A DNA stretch of 64,000 bases from Octopus sinensis (Eukaryota), in assembly GCF_006345805.1 (NCBI RefSeq), contig NC_043021.1, positions 13,082,001 to 13,146,000 of the forward strand, read 5' to 3'. The notes beneath the pieces are model-generated. The model was not told the origin of the DNA. It was given only the letters and a program-made list of their open reading frames with translations, and did not search any database. Below are positions 26,756 to 39,688 of this stretch, piece by piece (position 1 is the first letter of the stretch; each line of letters starts with the position of its first letter). A program made the translations under genes and the position numbers.

Positions 26756-28621
26756 AGATTTTTAAAATGTTTATAGAAATGATGTCTCGTAACAAGGCAG
26801 AAGTCCACTCTTGTTATCAAGCGAGTAAACTCCAAATAATCACTGTTACTTATTTCAACTCCAAACATTTAAGTGCTGAACCAGATACTATAACTATTGC
26901 AGAAATTTAGGTAAAAATTACCAATACAATGTAATGATTGTTGGTGTACGTAATGAAAATTTTTTTTTACCCATTATCATGCCACTTTTACCTGGTTGAG
27001 TAAGCTGAATACAGGTAAGTTGATTCATGCAGATGTAATCATATATTTACGAGATATCAATTTTCTGGGTGTTGATTTCCTGTCTCAGAGCTAAACTTGT
27101 GTTCAAGTAATCTCTGTTACTTGGAAGCTGCACAACTCTTACCAGAAAATTAATTCTGAGGTACACCATCTCTTTCAATGATGTTGCATAGTTAATGTGC
27201 ACTCATCCTAATAAAATATTTCAGGCAAAGTTGAAAATATTTTATGGGTTTTGCTTTTAAGTTCAAAAGATTTTGTGGGGGTTCACATCATTTATGAAAG
27301 CAGTAATGCAATGATCAAATATATAATCCCTCAACTCTTGCTCAGAATTCAATAAATTCCAATATCAGATTGCAAGTGTGCACAGACGACACTGAAAGGT
27401 CTATTTTCTTCAAGTTCAAGCCTTCATCTAATTAAATCATTAGAAAATAAATTATTAATATCAAATTTTAACTTGCCACTCGAGATATACTTGCCATGAT
27501 GCTTGAAAAAATGTCAAAGCATGAAATACAAACATACATGGTGGCAACAGGAAGTCTTCTGACAAAGTTCCTTTTAAAATGAAACTAAATTTCTCACATA
27601 GAAGAGCACTCACTGTTTTATGGCCCAAAACACAGCTCTCTTTCCAGCAAGGCCTACAGCTGTCCTCTTGGAAACACTGGTTTGGTGTATTTCTTACAAT
27701 AATCTTTACTAAAAGCCAAAATGTCTCAGAAGCATATTTGCTGTTGTTCTACTGAATAAATAGCTAACTTGCAGAGTTGCTCTGGTGTCATAGTGTCAGT
27801 GAAGTATTCAAAGATAATTATAATTTTATAATTCAAAGTTGACAAACAGGACTGAAAAACAAAAAGGTCCAAGAGTCAGCATTTAACTGGTAAGATGAAA
27901 AATATTCTAATTTTGTTACAAGGCCAGTAAATCCGAAGGGAGGGGAGACAATTACATCAATTCCGGTGTTTGATTAGTACTTGATTTTATCAACTGTGAA
28001 AAGATGAAAAGCAAAGTCAACCTAGGTGGCATTTGAGCATAAAATACAAAGAGCCAGAAGAAATGCTAAGTATTTTGTCAGGTGTAGTAACGATTAATAA
28101 GTATGTTCTGAGAAGGTGGAATGCTAACACACATCGCAACAAAAACATGATGGATTAGCAAAAAAGATGCCATAGTGTTGGCTTGTATAGTAAGTGTTAC
28201 AATACTAACATAGTGAGTGCCTAACTACATTCTAATTATTTAAAGTGTATAGAGAAGGAATGAAATGTGATAGGTTTTCTAATCAATGCTCAAAAGCCCA
28301 TTGTAAGGAATTCTTGAAATTGCACCAAGATAGTAAATTACAGTTTAGTTTCAGCCATAACCAGTTACAGAAGGTTTTTAACCCTCTGCCAGTCCAAAAT
28401 ATTTTCATAAGTATTCTAAACATCCATGATTATTTTCAGACTTTTGGTTAGCCCTTGTTTCATACGTTCTGAATAACAAAGCTTTCCTTTCATAAGTCCC
28501 AAGTGTTTTTTTAAAAAAAATCTACAAATGTATATCATAGTATGGATGCCAGGGAAATATTTCCTGCATATCACATGCAATACACAGGACAGGTAAAGGG
28601 TTAAGAGATTTAAATATTCAG

Positions 28622-28889
28622 TGACTACAGAAGACCTGGTCAGTGAAAAATAAAATCGCAAGGTATTGGGATGAAAGTTGAGAAATGTTGCTCAATTAAT
28701 CATTTAAAATGTATTTTTAAATGCTTACAGAAGAAGAATACATAAAAAATGTTTCTGACTACAGAAGACCTGGTCAGTGAAAAATGAAATCACAAGGTAT
28801 TGGGATGAAAGTTGAGAAATGTTGCTCAATTAATCATTTAAAATGTATTTTTAAATACTTACAGAAGAAGAATACATAAAAAATGTTTC
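28622..28889 (+). repeat. Tandem duplication, 2 x 134 bp
   Basis: 28622-28755 and 28756-28889 differ at 3 positions by manual alignment. Confidence 0.95.
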
Positions 28890-30679
28890 AGCAAAACTTC
28901 AACTATATTATGAAGAAAAGGAGATATCAATAAGATATCTAACATGAATCTAAAACAGTTTCAGTCAACAACATATCTAAGAACTAAATGATACTGAGAA
29001 CAAAGGAACCACAACGTAGTTGATTGATATTCTAGAGATAGTTGCAAAAGCTAAGGGGTTAATTTACCCTTCTTAACATGGTAAAGTATAAAAAGGGAGA
29101 TTTGGCTACTGTTCCTAAAAGCAAGAGTCTATACACGGATACTATTGTTGGTACAATAACTTGCGTATATTAAGCTAGTTTACATACAAAAATTTCTTAC
29201 ATAAATCCAAGACAAAAATTTACTAATGCATCTCATCATACACAAGATAAAATCATTTGGTTGGGAATTAAATTTAAATATTATTGTTAATCAGACAGGT
29301 TGATATTCAAAGAATTGGCCACTACAAAACTTACAAGAATGAATAATTTTGACAAGAACATATTTTTTTTCATTTAGAATTTTTCACTGAATTATAAAGT
29401 TACAGTTTGATCTACAGATCAATGATTGAACTATAAACAACATAGATTTCAAATGGTTTGTTAGATAAACAAACAGGATATAAAGTACACACAATCAGTA
29501 CATTCACGGATTCAGATATTCAGCAAACGTGTCGCTGCAAGAGATAAACATTTTACGCAATAGTTTTAACAAAAAAATATCATGGATATTATTGTGCCCA
29601 CCATTGAAAATTGGCACACCTTTTGAATTCTGACCAATAGCCATAGAAATTACTTTAGCTGCCAAATACTCCTAACACTGCTAAGGCTATTTCCAGAAAC
29701 AAATTTCTATGAAAAGAATAAAATAAAAAACCTTCAAGCATTTAGCTCACCACTCCTTCCTGCACAGTTTAATCATTTGGACACTATATCACAATGAAAG
29801 AAATAAACTATCTGAGAAACCATTATTTCAGTAAATAGTTTTAATAATAGCTTAGCATGGAAATAATTGATGAGTTCACAGTTGCTAACTAGAACAACTG
29901 GAGAAATATGACCCACACCATAGAAATCATTTTAGCTACCAAACATAGCTAATAATTGCAATATAATATTAAAGGAGGACAAGCTCAAGGACATCAACAT
30001 TGAGACCAATATAAATCCCGATTGGAAATCAATACTGAACAAAAATTAGAGTTGAGAAATGACTGTAAAAAAACAAACAAACTATAGGGAATATTTTCTC
30101 ACTCACTTTTTGTTTGTTTTGCTCTGTCAGTGGAATAAATCAACGATGCAATAGAAGCTAATTTTAGATTTAGTAAACAAATAGATTTGATAGGTGATAA
30201 TGACTACGTAAGCAATAGATAAGGACGACTATCGAACGATGACAAATGAACCAACAGTCAAGTAGAAAACAGATGTTACTACATGAGTACTAAAATCCAT
30301 TGTATCTAGTAAGATACGTCTGAGGGAGTTACTACTGGGTTGTGTTAATGTTGAAGTCAGTCCTGATTGAGTAGAACAAAAATCAAAAGGCAATTCAGCC
30401 ACGACCATCATGACTTTTTTAGAGACACTGTGCAATGGTGTCTTTTTCCCGCCTTACTCAAGATAGCAGGGTGTAACTTGGAGGAATTAAGCTGCTGTTT
30501 TTAGGTAGTTGAATCACCACATAGACATCCTTCTTTGCTTGGTCCCCCACCTCCCGAGTTGTTAGCAGTAAAGAAAAATCAAAATAAAACGTTTTTCTTT
30601 GGGGTGGGGGTAGGGTTTACAAATGCTGCCAACAAAACATGTTTACAGTTCTATATTTAAGAGATAAGGAATTATTTAC

Positions 30680-30887
30680 ATTATTTACATTTGACGGATA
30701 TTTGTCCACATTTTGTTTGTTCGATACCAGGCGGTGACCTGAATAATAATATCAAAACACCTTAGGAATGAGAACCCAGGTTCGAAATTTCTCCAAGACA
30801 CCTGATGAAGGCTGGAGGGAGTATCAGCCGAAACGTTGTGCTAACAACAAACAAGAGGAGGACAAATATCCATCAAATGTAAATAAT
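30680..30887. mobile_element. Penelope-like retroelement fragment with 42-bp inverted terminal duplication
   Basis: 30680-30721 and 30846-30887 are inverted (38/42 matches) and enclose CTGATGAAGGCTGG..TCAGCCGAAAC, the hammerhead-like core typical of Penelope pLTRs. Confidence 0.65.
30797..30842 (+). ncRNA. Minimal type-I hammerhead ribozyme-like motif
   Basis: Stem I GACAC/GTGCT (one mismatch), CUGAUGA at 30802-30808, extra A, stem II GGCTGG/TCAGCC, GAAAC at 30830-30834, GUU triplet at 30835-30837. Stem III has no loop and sits in the palindrome AACGTT. Confidence 0.5.
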
Positions 30888-33455
30888 ATAAAAAAGGTTA
30901 CATAAAATTTGACACAGAATGAGGATCATCATGTGTGTCTTCCATGCTGGCATGGCTTAGATGACTCAACAAGATTAGACAAGCCAGAGGACTGCTTCAA
31001 GCTCCTGTGTCTAATTTGGCATGGTTTCTACAGCTAGATGCCTCTCCTAACATAAACCACTTTACCGTGTGAACTGGGTGCTTTCTTTTTTCCATGGCAT
31101 CAGCACTTGTAAAACACACACACACACAAAAAAAAATCTGAGTTTAACCCCAATTTATTTTGTTTCTCAAAAGGTCATATTGTTAAAAAATGAAACATTG
31201 ATAAAAAAAAAAAAGAGAACCTATATACAAAGTCATGAGATACATCAAGAAATCATTCAACTTCAATTAACTACTCTTATTTTGACATCCAGTTTTGCCT
31301 GATGTTGTTAATGCTTTTGATATATCTACTCAACCACAACTGGCAGCAAACACAAAAACTAGCTGCAGGGTAAGTATTTGAGAAAAAAAAAAAAAAACAG
31401 CACCAGTAAACATGTTTGACTGGATCCAAGTCAAACGTGTTTGTCCTGTTAGTCATGTGACATTTCAGAAACAGTTGGGTTTCGGTTATTTTAAATTGTA
31501 TTATAACAATATGCTACCAAGAGAAACTATATGAAACTGAGCCAACGAAGAGTACAATATATGATCACATGACTTGCAGTAAAATCTGCCTTGAATCATA
31601 CCTACGATCTTATAAAAAGAAAAGGGCAAACATTAGATAATGTAATTCAAGAAGTATTGCTGTATTTTTTTTTTTTTGCTGCTTTCTCAGGACAATGGTT
31701 TGCTGGATGATGGCCATGTTTGAAGCAATGTCTTCAAGAGTTATAGACAATCATATTGGCACCGGCACTTAGTCTGGTACTTCTTTCATTGATCTTTATT
31801 GAATAGATAAGCTTGCTTTTTAAAGTAATGTAAAGATACCAGTTTATACAGGTATGCCTTCCACTCACAATGCACTAGTCAACAGTACAAGAGACTTGTT
31901 CAAATACTCTGAAGTGAAACCAAATCTAACACCATGGGATTACAAAGCAAAACTCTTAACCACATAACTACAACTTCACCTATGTGGAATGTTTGAGAAT
32001 AAGGAATGGTGGCTGCAGCTACATTTTTTCCTATAAGGCTGATAGATTGACCTCGGGTCAAATAGTGACACAAAATCCAAAGTGGAGGTGTGTACCATGT
32101 TAAGTATGACAAGTATGAAATACAAATGTAGCAAGTATCTTTTTGCATCCATTAAATCACAGGAGTAATATTGGAATTTCTTCAAGTAATGAAACTATTT
32201 TGGTGATGGTAGGAGTGAGAAATCAAGAAGAGACCATTCCTCTCCATGCTATATCCAAAGAAGTTGAGCCTGGAATTGAGGTGAGGTGAAATTTTACAGT
32301 GTTGTTCATACGCTGATTATGCTGCCCCAAAACCCAGGTCAGCCCTTACTAAACAGTCCCATAATCAAAAGCTTTCCATCAATAACCACCCTGTCCTACT
32401 GAGCATCTTAGACTATATTATTCAATAATAATTTGAAGGATACTGAGCTGCCATTTCTAGCAAACTGACAGGTTATATAGAGCAGTCATAGGCAACCTGT
32501 GACCTGCAGGACTTTCTAAATGGCATACCCAACAAAATATTACTTTGAATTTTTTTTTGTTTAGTAATGCAGTCCACTTGATGAAGAGCAATGTCTCATG
32601 TAGCCTGCTTCTTGAAAGATGTTACCCATTCATACCTAGTATAAAGATTCCAACACTATTTTAAGCTAAGAGCACCACTGGGCCATTTAAAAAACTGAAG
32701 TGTCTTGATTCCAACCACAACACACTACCAAAACACAAACCAATTTCCTTTCATTTAGGGGTCCCAGTTACCCTATTTATTCAGTAAACTGCACCACTGA
32801 AACATAATATTGAAAAGGAGAAATGGTAAATACTGTTATTGGCTCTGAAGTAGGAAGATTTAAAATAACATCTTAGAGTTTACTGATCTTAAGAGGGTAT
32901 TCAAATAACTGAAGTACAAGGAGAGTACACATATGGTTTGGGCGTTTTTCTCTGTCTCTACTCATCCATAACTTTACATTAAACCTGCTTAAAAAAATAC
33001 TTTCGAATGTTTATATATACACAAATATATACACTAACACACAAAAATTATTAAAGTTACACATGCATAGAAACACCCCCTAAAACTTACACACACACAC
33101 ACACACATACACACACGATATTTTGACAAGAATGAAGATGAGTTAACCCTTTTGCTACAAATTCCTTACACTGACTTAATGAAAAATCCTTATTTTAAAC
33201 TACTTGTATTTCCGTTAAAACCTTCCAGCAGTTTTATCTCCAGAAATCTTCCAAATGTTATGTTTCAAAATCTAGCTTCATAATGAAATGTTGCACTAAA
33301 ATCACTCCAAATTCTTCATTACATTCAAAATTAATTGAAATGCATAATAGGTAAGTGTGTTTCATTATAAATATGGTTATGAAAACAGTTAGGGTTCCTT
33401 AACTTACTCATAGAAGCACTAGTTATTTGGCCCCAGATTAGCCTGATACAGCAGT

Positions 33456-33742
33456 TGTTGTTTGCTCCTTCTTGAGCCACGCCTGGCTCATAGGGCCAGT
33501 TTCCTTGGCATATAGGTTCCCTACCTGGACGAGAAGCCGGTTCGTTGCAGGTGAGCTGCAAGGTGCAGGAGGAAAGAGTGAGAGAAAGTTGTGGCAAAAG
33601 AGTCAGCAGAAGTTTGCCATTACCTTCTGCCAGAGCCACATGGAGCTTAGGTGTTTTGCTCATAAACACCTGGTCTGAGAATCGAACCCACGATCCCTTG
33701 ACCGTGAGTCCGCTGCTCTAACCACTAGGCCATGTGCCTCCA
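33456..33742 (-). mobile_element. Complete tRNA-headed SINE (distinct family) with TSD
   Basis: 13-bp TSD CTGATACAGCAGT at 33443-33455 and 33743-33755; head TGGCCTAGTGGTTAGAGC..GGGTTCGATTCTC; CAA-type tail. Confidence 0.9.
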
Positions 33743-35125
33743 CTGATACAGCAGTACAATGATCAAAGAAGATATTTTATCTGTGATCATCTCTTACTTT
33801 GACAGTATTTAGGACTGCATTGTCCAATGCGTCCTTTTTATGACAGAAGATTGCAATTTGAGGACAATTCAGATGCTGTTACTAACAAGTTGAGTAACCA
33901 CACAGGCTGCTTCACCTTCATGCCAAACCAAGTCAACTTGCAACAAGCACTCCAGTCAATATGTGCATTCCAGTTACAAGTCCACCTAGTCACATGCACA
34001 GACTAGTCACATGTGGCACATGCACAGACCAGTCACATGTGGCACATGCACACTCCAGCCACAAGCCCCCCCCAGTCACATGCAGCATACACATTACCCT
34101 AAATACTGATATTAAGAACGCTTGCTAATAAATGCTACAGGTGGCCTATCGCTGTCTTATACTCTTAGATACAAAAACCTAAAATTTATACACAACAATT
34201 TACAAAACAGAATCTGTTTATTTTAATTAATGCCTTAATATTGATTATAAACTAAATAAATCCGAATATGTCAGAGTGTTAAACCTTAATGAATAGTCTC
34301 GTTATTGGACAAAATAACCAAATACTTTCAGAACACTTCATAATAACACACTGTAACAACATACTATAATAGCATAGTGTCACTAGAAATACTTTTGTAA
34401 TCCAATCTTAAAACAGTCTATTTCACACTGATTTCAAACGCACACACACTTATCTGTTTGAATGTTTATAATGAAGTCCTTGTTTTGTGTTGGTGATTAA
34501 ATATTTGCTTTTGGTACTAATCATCTTACCAGTCACCCAATGGAACCAAGTAGATTTACAAAACTTAGTTTTGGAAACTTAATATTCTTTGATGGTTTTT
34601 TTTGGGCAAAAAATTTGTTTTACTTTTACTCAGAGGAGGAAGAGTGGCATTTGTGACCTTTTACCAGGGTCACATAAATTGGTGGGAGGAAAGAGGAGGA
34701 AATTTCAACCCTCAGACATGTTCTAAATATTTGAAACAGTGGGGAGTGGGTGACTTCACGGAATCACAGAATAGTCCACCCAATAGGCCACCACAGTTTT
34801 CTGTTGGCACGATTTCATTAATAAACTTAGAGTAACATGAGGCTATGGAAGAATAAGGCCCCAAGGTGCCAATCAGATTGAATTTGGAATCCAATGACTG
34901 CAACTCAGACTACTACTTGCTCGCAACTTAGCATCCAAAGTTTATGCTTGAATAACAAAAACCCCACGCTCATTCACCCTCAAAATATGCTAAGAAACAC
35001 AAATGGGATAACATCTGACAACTAACCAAGTGTTAGTTTTAGAACTGTATTACATTTTCTCGGACTGATTCAATGAACTCTTTGATGAAAAAAAATTCCC
35101 TGTAGCACTTAGCTACATTCTATGA

Positions 35126-35488
35126 TTAAACTTTTATCATTTAAACTGGCCAATATATTCTACTAGTTTTATTCTCAAACTGGCCAAATCTGGTCTCACA
35201 CCAACCTACAATGTCATTCTAAAAATTAACAGTTAGCTCATCAAAATCTTGAAACTACAAAATGTTGTTGGCATCCTTTTTTGTCTCGGGAGACAATGGA
35301 ATTGCGCATAAAATAATCTAGTCTGGCTTTTACATTTCATGTCCTAATACATCTGCTGTGGCTGTGTAGTCTTATCCTGGACAAACACTCCCTCTGGCAG
35401 GTGCCGCAAATGTAGCGAAGACTTTTAGTTCAAAACAATGAGAATAAATATGATGATTGATGGAGAAATCTGAATGCTAAAGGGTTAA
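35126..35488 (+). mobile_element. piggyBac-like MITE family B interrupted by an RTE fragment
   Basis: Family B body 35126-35261, resuming at TTAGTTCAAAACAATG and ending GCTAAAGGG-TTAA. Confidence 0.8.
35262..35422 (-). mobile_element. RTE (BovB-like) LINE 3' end with C-terminal zinc-finger remnant
   Basis: 35414->35337 translates YICGTCQRECLSRIRLHSHSRCIRT*, matching the RTE/BovB terminal CxxCxRxCxSRIGLxSHxRxC motif; 3' end ..GGATGCCAACAACA with a (CAA)n tail. Confidence 0.75.
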
Positions 35489-37554
35489 ATTCACCTGGAC
35501 TCACTGTGTATTTCATCTCTTCAAGACTAATAAAATGTACACCAGCAATGTACTGAACGAAGCTCTCTCAACTACATTCAGCTTGTGCCACAGCTGAAAA
35601 TATACTTTGAAATTGAGGACAATGTCTACAAAATTTGAAATTGAATTGATAAAATTATGAAGGACATTACAAAAGCCACTTCTTTCAGGCAGATGTTAAG
35701 AGAGGTGTGGGGAAAACTTCAATGGTCAATAAAATCACAATGAGCAGTTTGTTTCTATAAAAAGTAGTTGCAGAGTGAGTGATATGTAATTTTGACTTTG
35801 CCCAGTCGCATAATGAAGTTGAAAGAAATATTTCAACACTGAAGATAAAATTTTATCACAATGCAATTAGTAATCTGAGCTTGTCAACATAATGGTAGTG
35901 TTGGACTTAATTCTATGTTTAGATCTAATGCAGGTTAATTTAACCTTTTCATCTGTAAAAGGAAAACAAGAGTGGCAGAACACATACAATATACTAGGGT
36001 GAAAAACCAAAACCAACACTTGGGATAGAAACACAAAGTGTTTAAAAGAGATAAGGGTTAGGTCCAACACCAATAAACACAAAATCCTGCACATGAATTG
36101 ATTCCTTCATCACTTCTTCAGCAAGAAGTGAAGGCCATGCTTCAATGTCAGGAATTGCATCTCCTGTATTTCTCATAAAATTGGAAATATTAGCAATTAA
36201 AGTTTTCTTTATTTCTATTTAAATTGCTTTTGTTTTTTGTACTGCTGGGTGTGCTAAATAAACTGACACTAATTAAACTATCATATCTAAATGTTCTATT
36301 GATAATTACATTTCTTAATGTTGAATTCATTGGGTGAGTTTCAAACAGATCTATAGCTAGATAATTGGGTTCTCTCAGAATGGAAACAATGGCTAGATAT
36401 AATAACAATGCAGTCATAAGTCTGGCTACAGATTAAGGATTAAGAAGAGGGTAAAAATCTTAAGAGGGGAATAATTTTCTTTTCCATAATATAGAAGAAA
36501 ATCCAAGACGCCAAAAATATCAAGAGATATCTGTTTCAGCTTAGTTTTAAGTAGGGAAAATGATAATGTCTGTGTTCTAAAGAAATAACTTGAATGATAT
36601 CACCTTTAGTTCTCTTGTGCATCATACATACACATGAAGCATAAGGCACTAATTAGCAACACATTATTTTACAGGACTAGGGTAAAAGATTTCTGAAAGA
36701 ATCTGTGTATACATAAGTGTGTGTGTGTGTGTGTGCATCATATACACACATATGCATATGAAAGTAATATTTTGAAAATAAAACTCGAGATAGAAATGAT
36801 AAGAAGAATGACATCCAGACCCATGTAAGTCCCTATTTAAGGGTGTTTACTTCCAACTGAATGGCATATTGAGTCATACGGACCAAATGAGGTTTTCTAT
36901 TCTGATGTGTTCCTTATGCAAGATTAGAAGAGTTTCAGACAGCTATTGCACACTGAAGCATACAAATGATTCATTTGCATCAACAACATGACATTTAAAT
37001 TTAAAACGAAAAAAAAAAAAAAAAAAGAAAATGAATTTAAAAATATAAACGATTTGAAATATTAATTTTCTAGTGTTTGACTAAACAATTTCATTGTGCT
37101 GCCTGTTAGTCAATTTCCTAAAGAATTCTCAAATCACAATGGAATCTTTACAAATTTATGAGATACACAGTAATGATCAAATATATCTAAAAGAAAAATT
37201 CCAGCAGAAAATGAAATCTGTTTAAATGCTCAACTGTATTTTCAATAGACTTCTCAATTAATTAGCATTATTAATGATAACTCTGCTACTCTTTTTATTT
37301 ATTTATTTAACCTGTCTTGGAAAAAGAAGGCTTTGAATAAATTTTTCTTTTTGTTTTGTTTAATCTTTTCCAGTTTGTATAAAGCCTGATCAAACCAAGG
37401 AAGGATTTAATTTCAAAATCATAAATCCTTGTAAATGCTGGAACACACTCATCTGGTCTTTGAGTGCATTATGTTGCATTTAAGTGCACTATGTTCCAAG
37501 CATTCACACCAGTTCTCCAGCTTCTCTGCCCATAGTTTTGCTACAGATGTTTAA

Positions 37555-37753
37555 CCCTTTAGCATTCAGATTACTGTCAAATGTAATGCTTATTTATTAA
37601 CATTGTTTTGAATTAATCATGCATTATTGCATAGCTTTGAGATTTCAATGTGATTATTTTTTAGACTGACATTGTAGAATAGGAGTGAGAGGCTGAATCT
37701 GGCTGGCTCGAACATAAAACAGGAATATTTGGGCCAGATACGACTGGTTTAAA
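37555..37753 (-). mobile_element. piggyBac-like MITE family B, one end missing
   Basis: TTAA-CCCTTTAGCATTCAGATTAC at 37551; body is the reverse complement of 18187-18407. Confidence 0.8.
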
Positions 37754-38156
37754 CAAAGAATTACGTTGGGCTACATAATTTCATTAGTTAGGAAAAGATC
37801 TGTAAAAGCCATACGCAGCACCACTTCCTAACTTACAGTTTAAAAAAAATTTACAATGTCAATTTTGCCTTTCGTCATTCTAGGATAGATTGAAATACAT
37901 TCAAACAAATAAGGTTCATTTAATCAACTGCAGACCCTTGCTCACATAACTGTGGGCTTGTGCTTACGTTTCAAATTCTTATATAAATTATAATTGAGGT
38001 TATTGAAAGTAAACAGCTATTTAGCTATATTATGATTTAAGACCCAATGTTGAATAAATTCACCAAATTCATCAAAAAACATCTAATCAACAACAGAAAT
38101 ATGATTATCAACAGCAAAATCTACAAAGCTAAGACCTTTGTACATTTTGCTGAAAG

Positions 38157-39688
38157 ACAAAACATACCAGAGGGTAACAAACTTATAAATCGACCACCCA
38201 ACTTCACCACCAATTAATTATGTAATATAGGCAAATAATATTCTTTCAGTTTCCCTCTACCATATCCACTCACAAGGCTTTGGTCGACCTAAGGCTATAA
38301 CAGAAGGCACTTACCTAAAGTGCCACACAGCAGGACTGAACCCAAAACCATGAGGTTGGGAAGTAAACTTCTTACCACACAGGCAATTCTTAGAGTAAGA
38401 GAAAGAAAAAAGGAGGAAACAACACACCAAGAATTAAGTCTACTCGTAATCTATCTTACAAAACATACCAGAGGGTAACAAACTTATAAATCGACCACCC
38501 AACTTCACCACCAATTAATTATGTAATATAGGCAAATAATATTAAGTCACTGACTTGGCCATACAACCAGCTATTTGAGTCTAATAATAACTGTTTCGTT
38601 TTTTATCAATAACGAATGTGTCACATATGGTCACAGCATTTAAATAGATTTGTTTAAGGAAAAAAAAAGTCATATCTACATTAATAGGTTGACCAGATAA
38701 CAGACCTACATAAACTTTAGAATAAAAAAAAAATGATAGGATGGTCATTGTTGGAACACTTTATCAGGACTAACTAAACAACAAATTAACATTGATTGTA
38801 AAGTGGTGGTGGAGGGGACAAACATGTAAAGACACACACACACACACAATAGGCTTCTTTCAGTTTCCCTCTACCATATCCACTCACAAGGCTTTGGTCG
38901 ACCTAAGGCTATAACAGAAGGCACTTACCTAAGGTGCCACACAACAGGACTGAACCCAGAACCATGTGGTTGGGAAGTAAACTTCTTACCAAACAGGCAA
39001 TTCTTAGAGTAAGAGAAAGAAAAAAAGGAGGAAACAACACACCAAGAATTAAGTCTACTCGTAATCTATCTTACAAAACATACCAGAGGGTAACAAACTT
39101 ATAAATCGACACCCAACTTCACCACCAATTAATTATGTAATATAGGCAAATAATATTAAGTCACTGACTTGGCCATACAACCAGCTATTTGAGTCTAATA
39201 ATAACTGTTTCGTTTTTTATCAATAACGAATGTGTCACATATGGTCACAGCATTTAAATAGATTTGTTTAAGGAAAAAAAAAGTCATATCTACATTAATA
39301 GGTTGACCAGATAACAGACCTACATAAACTTTAGAATAAAAAAAAAATGATAGGATGGTCATTGTTGGAACACTTTATCAGGACTAACTAAACAACAAAT
39401 TAACATTGATTGTAAAGTGGTGGTGGAGGGGACAAACATGTAAAGACACACACACACACACACAATAGGCTTCTTTCAGTTTCCCTCTACCATATCCACT
39501 CACAAGGCTTTGGTCGACCTAAGGCTATAACAGAAGGCACTTACCTAAAGTGCCACACAGCAGGACTGAACCCAAAACCATGAGGTTGGGAAGTAAACTT
39601 CTTACCACACAGGCAATTCTTAGAGTAAGAGAAAGAAAAAAAGGAGGAAACAACACACCAAGAATTAAATCTACTCGTAATCTATCTT
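38157..39688 (+). repeat. Tandem triplication of a ~615-bp unit containing a family 1 SINE fragment; first copy internally deleted
   Basis: Units start with ACAAAACATACCAGAGGG at 38157, 38458 and 39073 (301, 615 and 616 bp) and are near-identical. Confidence 0.95.

Noticed and set aside
33670-33742. tRNA-like sequence with A and B boxes on the minus strand
   Set aside because: The acceptor stem cannot pair, and it is the head of a TSD-flanked SINE, not a tRNA gene.
35688-35759. Plus-strand acceptor-like TTCTTTCAG followed by ADVKRGVGKTSMVNKI, resembling a P-loop
   Set aside because: Lacks the first Gly of GxxxxGK[ST], hits a stop within a few codons and has no donor; consistent with chance.
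36045-36417. Protein-like minus-strand stretches (..FMRNTGDAIPDIEAWPSLLAEEVMKES..)
   Set aside because: Frame-disrupted with no family I can name; a TE remnant cannot be excluded without tBLASTx.
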